In this document: one piece after another, positions 53,255-63,390 of the stretch
Numbering within the stretch: position 1 is the stretch's first letter
Layout: each line of letters starts with the position of its first letter
Assembly: GCA_965649825.1 (NCBI GenBank)
Contig: OZ287698.1
Coordinates: 75,849-139,848 of the forward strand
Reading direction: 5' to 3'
Source of the DNA: Penicillus capitatus
Taxonomy: Eukaryota; Plantae; Chlorophyta
Length of the DNA: 64,000 bases
The notes under the pieces: model-generated
What the model saw: the letters and a program-made list of their open reading frames with translations, nothing else
The model's database searches: none
What the model was told of the DNA's origin: nothing
Program-made: the position numbers and the translations under genes

Positions 53255-54628
53255 GTGCGTTTGGTACCGACGACGAACGTACGAACGAACGAGCTGCTTG
53301 ATACGCGGCACACGTGTTTCAGCAACGCAGTGAAGGCAATGACTTTCGTTTCTCTCCATGTTGCGCCAAGTCCTCTGGCGATAAGGAAGAAGACTGCACC
53401 AAACACGTCAACGACGTCCGGACGAGCAGCGGCCGCTCTCGTCACGACAGTTCTCTTGCTCGGCTTGACTACGAATGCACGAGCTGATGACGAGTCTGGC
53501 GGACTCCTCAGTTGGGGACAGCTTCAGAAGGAGGCAGGCTATTTCTCGAAGAGCGGTCTCTGGAGAGGAGGCTTGCCGAAGAAGGAACGCAAGGAGGGAG
53601 ACGTTTGGAGCAACTGCTTAGAGAGACACGGCAATGACAGCTTCTGTCAGAAATGGGAGGAGAAGGGAGATAGTGCACAAGAGTTCAGGAATGGAACCTG
53701 TACCTGCAACGAAGTGAAAGATTCGTACTGCAATCAATGGACGTGTATCAGCGAGGAGAAGGCGAGATATTGTTCAGAGCGAGGCAGAAAGGGCAAGGGA
53801 ATGGCGCCGGTATGTAAGACAGACGTCGAAATGCTTGAGGACTGTTCCTGCCATGAAAGCCTGGGGACAAATACAAGTTCTTATTGTCTGAAGTGGAGAT
53901 GCACCGAGAATGACGGTAACGGTACTTCAAGATCCGGCGATTATTTCTGCCACGAAACAAAGACTGAAAACTCTTCAACTCCTTTCTGCAATCGCTGGTC
54001 TGGGGAATTGACGTCGAATGGTGATGTGGAATCGATCAGTTGCGACTGTACCATTGACGACAATGGGTACTGTGAGAACTGGGAATGTAGTGTAAGGACT
54101 TTGCCTCGGTGTTCAGAGCACAAGGGAGGATGGTGTCATCTGGAACTGTCCATTGCTGTGTTTGGACTGATCGGACTCCTCTTCTTAATCTTTGGAATGG
54201 TCCTTGTTTTTTCCAACCAATGTTCGAGACACACTAGCAGGGACATGCAGCTGAAGATTCTTATAATATACACTCTCTTTCTTGTTCTTCCATGGTTTGC
54301 TGGCGTTGCTCTGTCGGGAGGTGTTATAGGCATTGTAGTGGTGATTGCGATGTGGATCATTCCTTTCATCGTATTGGCATCAGCGATCATTGTACCTCAG
54401 ACTACCGCATGGCAAAATTTTCGTGCTGCAATGGAGAGAATGTTTACGAGCGAAGCTACAAGCGGCAACGGAGAACAAACAGCCTCTCCTTCAGACAGGA
54501 CAGCGCCTTTGATGCACGGTAGACCCGAAGATGATGCGGACAGGGACGACACCCCTCAATCGTCAACACAGGCAAATCCGGCAATCCGTGTACGCGATGA
54601 AGCTACAGGGAAATTGTTGGATCCGTAA
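53255..54628 (+). CDS. Cys-rich surface protein copy D, intronless (start may be ATG ~53339)
   Basis: Same 20-Cys pattern, WGQLQKEAGYFSKSGLWRGGLP, RCSEHKGGWC, 3 TM and several N-x-S/T sequons. Confidence 0.85.
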   Translation: MRLVPTTNVRTNELLDTRHTCFSNAVKAMTFVSLHVAPSPLAIRKKTAPNTSTTSGRAAAALVTTVLLLGLTTNARADDESGGLLSWGQLQKEAGYFSKSGLWRGGLPKKERKEGDVWSNCLERHGNDSFCQKWEEKGDSAQEFRNGTCTCNEVKDSYCNQWTCISEEKARYCSERGRKGKGMAPVCKTDVEMLEDCSCHESLGTNTSSYCLKWRCTENDGNGTSRSGDYFCHETKTENSSTPFCNRWSGELTSNGDVESISCDCTIDDNGYCENWECSVRTLPRCSEHKGGWCHLELSIAVFGLIGLLFLIFGMVLVFSNQCSRHTSRDMQLKILIIYTLFLVLPWFAGVALSGGVIGIVVVIAMWIIPFIVLASAIIVPQTTAWQNFRAAMERMFTSEATSGNGEQTASPSDRTAPLMHGRPEDDADRDDTPQSSTQANPAIRVRDEATGKLLDP

Positions 54629-54909
54629 AGTACTAATCCTTGAAGAGATTGATTCTCTGTTGGCGCTACTGGAATGAGGATCAGCATTACGAGGAACCAA
54701 GGGATATGATGTTCGGACAAAGTCCACCAGTGCAGCAGTCAGTCAGTGCATCAGGAAATCCATCTTGGATCTGAGTTCTTCAAGTTCTCCGGCATGTTTT
54801 ACTTTTCCTAAAAGACATTCAAACCGTAGAAAAGAATGGTTTGTACGACTGAAGGAACTGTAACCGTTTATTTGTCATCTCTCCACCGATCAACAAATAG
54901 TCGATCTAA

Positions 54910-55175
54910 AAACATTGACTTTTCAATCATCCTTAGCGCAATATCGCCGTCACGTTGCCTCTTGAACTTAACTCTGCTCGTTAGATTTGACTCCACAGTA
55001 TGCGATCATTTGCCGCTCCCCTAAAGAGCACAGCAGTTGGTCACATTCCAGTGCCACTAGTGCGTCTCGGACTTGCGTCTGTGAGATGAGCATCGATTTG
55101 CCTGTGCGCTACCTCAAGTCATTGATTCAAAGCTGTCGAAACATTGATGCTGTGATCGGAGATATGTGGACAAAG
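54910..55175 (+). repeat. Copy 2 of the ~270-nt duplicated block (5' region of decayed copy F)
   Basis: Aligns to 51890-52170. Confidence 0.9.
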
Positions 55176-55700
55176 ATCACAAAAATAAACATGAATCCTC
55201 GACTGAGAGCGATCTTTGTAAGAGCGTCACCCCCGGAGAGCTCGTAGGTGCGAGATCTGTGTGATGTTTATCGGGAGAAGAACGCTAACAAGAGTGTCTT
55301 TCGGTTTTGTTACGACCGAAGGCGCATTGCTGGATATCCAGCGATACACAACTGTCAAAATTCTTCCTTCGCTACCAAGATGGACATGGTCTCGTTCAAA
55401 TTTGCACGTCGTCAGTGAAATCAGTCTACTGTCGTACAGCATGCTGATCTGTTGTAGCGTCAGATCCGTGCAACGCATGTTTACCTGAAGTTGTCTTCGT
55501 GACAGTCATGGGCCTCAACGACTACTCCGTCACAGTCGATGGTGGAGTTACTTTCGAAGTGTATGTCTGTTAAATTGCAGAAGTACTGCTCGCTGTTCCC
55601 TTTCTGTGAGAATTCTCTACATTTTATAACTCAGTTGATTGCCTCAAACCACGGACGACTTCTCCCTTCACAGGTCATCTTCGTGGTCAGAAGAGGATTG
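55086..55700 (+). pseudogene. Heavily decayed Cys-rich surface protein copy F
   Basis: Shares the ATG region with copy E. LCDVYREKNANKS parallels E's LHDVYREKRANIS. Remnants such as QKYCS are present, with stops and frameshifts. Confidence 0.55.
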
Positions 55701-55939
55701 TGCTCAGATGTGGCAACAAACTCTGCAGTCATCCAGAAGCTGTTACCAGACTCGGAATGCTCGATTTGACAGGATGCTTTAATCGAATCGCCACGATCTG
55801 CATCTAGTCCAAACGAGAACGTCCAACTCATCTACCTCCACTGCGAACTTTCGTGCGAACTTTCAGAAGAGGTAAGCCACTTCGCCGGTTTCGCCGAACC
55901 ACAGGCGACGACGTTCTGTTGTGCAGACTCGGATTAAAC

Positions 55940-58900
55940 ATGCAAGCCCGTGCTGCAGATGAAGGACCCAGCGGCAGAGGGTCATCCGCGCCGAGAACCG
56001 GCGGCCGAACCGTCACCGAAGACACAGTGGTCACCGCAGAGCGTTACAACCCGAAACTCCTACGCGCTGCAGCGAAGAAGCACAACATCGACAGCACCGA
56101 GTCGCTGGTCGCGGCCTACAACTCGACCACCAATCAAGATGAGCGCGCTGTCCTGCTCGGATGGCTGCGCAAGTACCACGAACGAAAGGCGGACTGTCTC
56201 ACGCCGAAAGCTGTGCTCGAGTATGCGGCGCTGGCCGACGTCGCCCCACGTTCCGCCAGCGAGAAAGATGTTGTGCAGAATTTGATCTACGACCTTTCCT
56301 CGTGCATCTGCGAAGGAGACTTCCTAGCGCCGACTTTTGCCACTGCCCTCCACAGAGCACTCGTGCTCGTCGATCCTTCCGCGCTCGACGCCGTGGAACA
56401 GCTGGTCGTCGTGGCCATGAAGCTCCTGGGCAGCCTCTCTCCAAGACCGAAGCTTACAAGAAAAACCTTTGCGAAGCACGAGGCGACGTTTCTTGCATTG
56501 CATCAGGCCTTCTTCCTGCTTCGCGAAGCCAATCAAGCCCTGATCGACGAAGAAGAGAAGCAGGAGCTGCGAAGAACCGTCGCAGAGAAGGAGAGAACGA
56601 TGAGACTCTCCTGCAAGCACTACCCTGTGAGTTTTCATTTCAAAGCGCTTCGTCAGGCGGCAGAACGTCTCAAAGACGAGGAGGCTGCTTCACGAGTCGC
56701 ACAGGCGAATCAGTATGCCATGTGTGGACTCTGCGCATTCGTGCAGGTCTTTCATTTTCTCAGGAATCTGGCAAGGGGCGACATCGATCCGACGGCCCTC
56801 GAGGACGCGTACGAAACAAATCGAGCAGCCATTAATAACATGGGAGTGGCGAAGCGACCGTGGTTCGACTCGTTTCGAAGCCTGATGGCGAAGAGGCTGG
56901 AAGCGTCGAAGGACGAGACGACGCTCGAGCTTTTTGGAAGCAGCTACCAGGCGTCGATGGAGAACCAGAAAAACGTGAAGGATGGAGAAGATCTGAAGGC
57001 GTTGAGATACGGCATCGTCTGTGAACTGCGCACGCTCGCACTCGAAGGTCCGTCGGAAGACGCCCGAGCCGCGGCCGCGACGAAGCTGGTGGATCTAGCG
57101 ACGCAGCAAGCCATCAGCGAAGGATGGAGCGATGACATCGATATCCTCGTCGCACTCTTGGACGCTGTATGCGAGCTGCATGGAAGAGGCGAGCGCAACG
57201 AGGACATCAGACACGCGTTGCTGGCCATACAGCGATCTTGCACGGGTCATGCCCGAGGAGCATTCTCGGAGTGGTTGGGTGGAGGTAGCGTGGAAGACAA
57301 GCTTGCAGTTCGGAGTCCGCAGAGAGCTGTCGCAGAAAACAACGATCTGTGCATCAAAATCGGCAGAGACGTGGGGTACATCCCTCTTGCCGTCATGAAT
57401 TCGAAGGGAGAAGAGCTGAGGAATAGATATAAGCGCGACGATTTCGCGACGGTATTGGCACGAGAAGCGCATTCGAGTTGACGAGAGGTTCCTGTTCTCT
57501 AGGTGACTTCCTTGTTCGAAGAGGGATCTTCCAAACACGTCAAGGACATGAAGCACCATGTCGTCATCTCCGAGGAAGTTATCGAAGAGCAAGGATTCGG
57601 AGAAGGAAGAGAAGAAGCTGTCCGGGGAGTGGAGGCAACAAAGGCAGAGTCCTCAAACCGCAGAGGGGACCAACCGAAGGAGTACTACGAGAAGAAGACA
57701 AGAGTCACGAAACCCATCGCTCTGGGCGACTTGTTCAGGCCGAGATCTCTCAGACCCGGGGATCCGGAGAGCGAGGTTCGAAGGGTCCTCCTCTACGGGA
57801 ACCCCGGTTCCGGAAAGACGTGCATCACGAAGGCCGTCGCACACAGATGGGCGTCGGGAGAGATGGCACGGGACCTCGACGCCGTTTACGTGGTTCCAGT
57901 GAGAGTTCTCAACCGCGGCGAGTACAACGGACGGAAGTGGTCAAGACTCGAGGGAGCGATATCGCAGATATGCTTCGCCGGAAGCGGGCACGCCTTCGAC
58001 CACGAAGACCTCGTCTCCCAGGTGGAGCACGACCTCGACGACCCGTCGACCATGCTCATGGTCGACGGTTTGGACGAGGCAAATGACCTTGCGATGGAGC
58101 TCCTTTCCACCGTATGGGAGCGCTCGTGCAAGGTGCTGCTTCTCTCTCGTCCGTACAACATGAGAAACGTCGAAACGCGTGTCGACGTTCAAGTGGAGTG
58201 CCTCGGATTCAACGACCAGCAGCTGCGAGAGTACGTAGAAGGCGAGCTGTCGGAGGACGAGGAGGCCCCGCGACTCATCCGTTCTCTTGAGGAATCCGGC
58301 GCCATGTGGGAGATGGCACACGTTCCTGTGACGGCGCACATTCTGTGTTCCTTGTCGAAGGAGCACGGAACGGCGATCGAAGAGCGAGGGAAGAGAGCGA
58401 GCGTCTTTCAGGTGTACAACGACATGGCGAACTACATCTGGAAGAGGTTCAAGACGAAGCCGGCGGCGACAAACGTGAAGAGATCGGATCTCTTCGACGA
58501 CTTGGAGAGAATCGCATTCGAGTCGCTCAAGCGAAGCCTGATCCTCATCCCTCCGCGACTCGTCATGCGATACGCAACGTCGACGGACGCGGCCGGAACG
58601 TTCAAGGAGAGCGGACTGCTTCTGCTCGTGATGGAGGGCCGGGAGTACCAATTCCCCCACCTCACGTTCCAGGAGTACTTCGCCGGAAGACACATCGCGA
58701 AAGGCTTACGAAACTCGGGATCCGCAGAGGACGTCAGAGTGCTCGAGTTCATCCGCGAAGAAAAATACAATCGAAAACATGCTTTAACGCTATCCTTCGC
58801 CATGCACGCGTACGCAGAGGGACGCAGCAAGTCGGCACTGCAAGGGATGCTCTCGGTCGTCGACGAAGACCCCATCGAAGTTCTCGGGATACAGCACTTC

Positions 58901-61465
58901 TTCTTGAGGATGCGAGCTCTCGAGGCGATCATAGAAGAGACAGACGAAGGCGACATGGATGACATACTGAACGACGAACAAGCAGTCGCGCTCGCCGAGA
59001 GTGCTCGCCATCTGCTCGAGCGCACGATCTACGACGTTATAATGCGCGAAATTGTGGTCAAGGAGTTCCAGCAGATGTCCGGCGTCTTGGAAGGATTCCC
59101 TCAAGTTCTCAGAAACACTATTGACGAAGTGAAGAAGATGCTGGCATCCGCGCATAAACTAACATGGAAAGAAATGGCCAAAATCACAGATGTCTCGAAG
59201 CTCGCAAGGCACTCAGTGAAGCATAGCAATGCATTGGTTCAATTCGTGTTACAACGAGCAGAAGAATCCGATGGTTGTTGTGATCCAGAAGAATGCATCA
59301 GAAGGTTAAGTTTCATCGGAAAACAAGTACCTCAGCATGCCGGCAAGGTTTTGGTGATGCTGGCGAAGAAATGCGAGAAGGCAGACGCGTCCGTGCGTAA
59401 AGCAGTGATCAAAGCCATCGTCCATGTCATCTTGACAAGCCCGCAACACGCCGGCGAGATTCTGCCGACGCTCGTAGAGGAGTGCAGCGACGAAAATTGG
59501 AAAGTCCGTGAGACGGCGATTAAAGCTCTTGATAACGTCGCCGCAGCAGCTCCGCAGCACGCCGGCGAGATTCTGCCGACGCTCGTAGAGGAGTGCAGCG
59601 ACGAAAATTGGAAAGTCCGTGAGACGGCGATTAAAGCTCTTGATAACGTCGCCGCAGCAGCTCCGCAGCACGCCGGCGAGTTTCTGACTACACTCGCAAA
59701 GGAGCACGGCGACACAGATTGGAAAGTGCGTCGGGCAGCGGTTGAAGCAATCGGCCGAGTAGTCGCCGCGGTGCCGTGGCGTGCCGGCGAGTTTCTGCTG
59801 ACGCTCTCTAAAAAGCGCGGCGGTGAACGTCCGACCGTGCGTCGGGCGGCAATCAAAGCTATTGAACACGTACTCGCGGCAGCCCCGCAGCACGCCGCCA
59901 AGTTTCTGCCGACGATTGCGAAGGAGTGTGGCGACGAACGCGCAGACGTGCGTGAGACGGCGATCAAAGCCATCGACCACGTCGTCGCAGCGTCCCCGCA
60001 GCACGCCGGCGAGTATCTACCAACGCTTGAGAAGGGATGCGTCGACGAACGCGCGGACGTGCGTGAGACGGCGATCAAAGCCATCGACCACGTCGTCGCA
60101 GCGTCCCCGCAGCACGCCGGCGAGTATCTACCAACGCTTGAGAAGGGATGCGTCGACGAACGCGCGAACGTAGGTGAAGCGGCGATTAAAGCCATCGGTC
60201 ACGTCGTCGCAGCGTCCCCGCAACATGCCGGCGAGTATCTACCGACGCTCGCGACGGGGTTCGACGACAAACGCTTGACCGTTCGTCGAGCAGCGATTGA
60301 AAGCATCGTCCGTGTAGTCGTCGAGGCGCCACAGCACGCCTGCGAGTTTTTGCCGACGTTTGCAAAAGGGTGCGGCGACTTAGACTTCAAAGTGCGCCGG
60401 GCGGCAGTTGAAGCCATTGGTCGCGTTGTCATCGCGTCTCCACAGCACGTCGGCGAAGTTCTGCCGACGCTGGCGAAGTGGTGTGTCGACGAAGACTCGT
60501 ACGTGCGTCGTAGAGCGATGGAGGCCATTGGAAGCGTCGTCGCGGCGGCGCCCCAGCACGCCGGCGAAGTTCTGCCGACGCTGGCGAAGGGGTGTGTCGA
60601 CGAAGACTATGACGTGCGTTCTCGTGCGATGGAGGCCATTGGAAGCGTCGTCGCGGCGGCGCCCCAGCACGCCGGCGAAGTTCTGCCGAGGCTGGCGAAG
60701 GGGTGTGTCGACGAAGACTATGACGTGCCTTCTCGTGCGATGGAGGCCGTCGGCAAAGTGGTCGCGGCGGCGCCCCAGCACGCCGGCGAAGTTCTGCCGA
60801 CGCTGGCGAAGGGGTGTGTCTTCGAAGACTCGGACATGCGTCGTAGAGCGATGGAGGCCATTGGAAGCGTCGTCGCGGCGGCGCCCCAGCACGCCGGCGA
60901 AGTTCTGCCGACGCTGGCGAAAGGGTGTGTCGACGAAAACTCGTACGTGCGTCGTAGAGCGATGGAGGCCATTGGAAGCGTCGTCGCGGCGGCGCCCCAG
61001 CACGCCGGCGAAGTTCTGCCGACGCTGGCGAAAGGGTGTGTCGACGAAAACTCGTACGTGCGTCGTAGAGCGATGGAGGCCGTCGGCAAAGTGGTCGCGG
61101 CGGCGCCCCACCACGCCGGCGAAGTTCTGCCGACGCTGGCGAAGGGGTGTGTCTTCGAAGACTCGGACGTGCGTTGTAGTGCGATGAATGCATTAAATAG
61201 CATGAACCCAGAGAAGATTGTCGTTTCGGCAATGTCAATTCTCCCTAAGCATAGAGTCGGCATTTATTTTTACTTTGTGCGTTACCCGTTTACCTTGGAT
61301 TCTCCTACAAAGCAGAAAACAGTTCCCTTAGTCTTGCATGCGACTTCTTCCCAGAAAATCGGAAAGTGGAGTAAGGACAATGTTGACCTCGTTGTTTCTC
61401 TCTTGAGACGAGAGTTTGATGAGAAGTTTCCCGGATTGTTAGAACATCTTGATAGAAAGGAGTAG
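55940..61465 (+). CDS. NLR-like STAND protein: ~500-aa helical N-domain, NACHT NTPase, 17 HEAT-like repeats and a short C-domain; one intron 57452-57502; ~1824 aa
   Basis: Phase-0 GT..AG intron joins ORF 55853-57481 to ORF 57503-61465. Walker A GNPGSGKT (57797-57820), Walker B LMVDGLDEA, VLLLSRP, WEMAHVPV and YQFPHLTFQEYFAG. Confidence 0.88.
59327..61213 (+). repeat. Intragenic tandem array of 17 x 111-bp (37-aa) HEAT-like repeats
   Basis: Consensus APQHAGE(V/I/Y/F)LPTLAKGCxDExxxVRxxA(I/M)xAIxxVVAA. Units 2-3, 7-8 and 15-16 are nearly or exactly identical at DNA level. Confidence 0.95.
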
Positions 61466-61490
61466 CTCAGAAGCAGACTTCATTCTGTAC

Positions 61491-63390
61491 TTTTTTTTTG
61501 ATTGTGGGCTTTTACAACTCCTTTTTGAGAAGATCAGGAGTGCGTCTGTACATTGAGTGAAAACCAAGAATCCATGTATCCCATGTGTCTTCCTTAAGGA
61601 TGCCAGGCAGCCTGGTTTAGGAGTTGCACCAAATTCTTCCTTCTTGTCTCCACTTGGCACTGATGTCTTCTACGAACTCCGACATCTCTTTCGGAAACTG
61701 GAAGATGCACGCAGTTGAGAGCGTTCCCGGGATCTGTCGCTGGAGCTTCCTTCGTGCTTCATGAAACAAAGGGCATTCCAGCAAGAGGTGATCTCTGTCT
61801 TCTAGAGCCGCTCCACATGAGCATTCCGGGGATTCGGCCAGGGCTCCAAATCTGAATAGGTATTGTTTCGAAGGGAAATGGTTTGCTGCGAACTGCGAGA
61901 GTCTGGAAGCCTGGGGTCTCTCTAGGTATTTCCCAGGGAAGTGCCCTCGTCGGAAATTCGTCAGGTGCGCCGTTAGATGGAAGCTGGTGTTTCGCTGTTT
62001 AATGTCCTTTGCTGCCTCCTGATTCAAAAATTGCGCGATCCGGTGCTTGATCCATGATCTGTCCGGCGGGATTCCCTTTGGACCGCCACTGCAGTCTTCT
62101 GTGATAGTGTTTGACCGTCTCCACTCTGACAGGGCATAGGATAAACCGGGTTTCCATTTCTGAGTTGCCCAGTAGGTCGAATGGCCATCCATGGCCCAGT
62201 CAAGGAGTTCCTGTTGTATCTGGATGCCGGTTTCGGAGACGTTGGTCCAACTTAGAGCTGCTTTCTGGATTCGGTTCGAGTCGACAATTACGACCAGGCT
62301 TTGTCTTCGAATCGGTGCTGTCGAGGTCAACCGCTCTTTTAGGGTGCATAGGCCCTTGTACAGACCCACAAGTGTGGAGATCTCCTCCGACGCCCAGTCA
62401 GGATCCCACCAGCTTTCCCCCTGTCGGTTGTCTCCTTGAAAGAGTCCCCAGCTGGTGCCGAGGCGGTGACGGACTCTATCTTGTTGTGTCGAGACAGACA
62501 GTATCCAGTCTGGGCGTTCAGAGGCCGGTATTGAAGCTGGGCCTGAGAGGAGTTCCAATTGGGAAGGCGATATCGGAGACCACGGATGGATCCGTTGAGG
62601 TGGAATTTCCAGAGGCCTTCGAGGAGTAGCTCTCTGCCAGCGGGACCACGCAATTCTGCGGTAACATTGACCAGCTGACCGTTCAATTCTGGCTTGCAGA
62701 GACATCGGGGTAGCCGGCTTTCTGTGTCTTCTCCTGGCATCAAAGTACAGCGCTTGTTGCACAATTTGTTGGGTGGGCGGGCGGACCCCTGCTAGCGAGT
62801 AGGCTGAGGGGTATGAGGTGGTCCTGAATGTTCCCGCTAGGAGCAAACATGCCTGTCTCATGACTTTCTCCAGATGACCCGCTGTCCGTTCATTGTAAGC
62901 TGCTCTTTGCCACACTTCTGCTCCGAAATATGCAGCTGGTTCAATAACCCTGCTGACCAGCTTCTCAACGGCTTCAGGTAACATGCCCCAGGTCGGGCCT
63001 GTCAATCGTCGAATCCAGTCCAGGCGCGTGCGGACTTTCCCAGCTGCGCTGGCCACTTGCGTGTTCGAAGAGGTCGTCTCATCCAGCCATACTCCAAGGT
63101 ACAGGATGGCGGATTTCTTGTTGAGTTGCTGCCCACGCAGGAATACAGGGAGAGAGTCAGTCCGTCTTCTTCTTTTCACGAATCGGATCTGAAAGCATTT
63201 CTCTGGGGCGAAGATCAGACCTCTGTCTTGGGCCCAGAAGTTCATGCGGTCTAGGGTCTCCTGAAGCATTATTTGCGCTGATCTTTCAGTCGGAGCTGTG
63301 CTCAAAACCAGAATATCATCAGCATAAGCTTGAATGTGCAGGGCCTCTGTGTCTTGAGCCAATTCCAGAATCGGATCCATGCCTATTGTT
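61491..63390 (-). mobile_element. 5'-truncated non-LTR retrotransposon (LINE; I/Tad/R1-type architecture: RT, RNase H-like, CCHC)
   Basis: Intact 587-aa ORF 61617-63380 with AYADD, YLGVWLD, thumb FGAEVW, RNase H-like IVDS and ECSCG..HLLLEC. A9 tail (T9 at 61491-61499 on +). Upstream RT domains absent. No target-site duplication found. Confidence 0.9.

Noticed and set aside
59327-61213. Possible CRISPR-like or TALE-like array
   Set aside because: There are no unique spacers, it is coding tandem DNA in a eukaryote, and the 37-aa units lack the TALE LTPxQVVAIAS/RVD consensus.
59306-61263. Long antisense and alternative-frame ORFs over the repeat array
   Set aside because: They are shadows of the 111-bp in-frame GC-rich repeats. 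Only the + frame continuous with NACHT gives a HEAT pattern.
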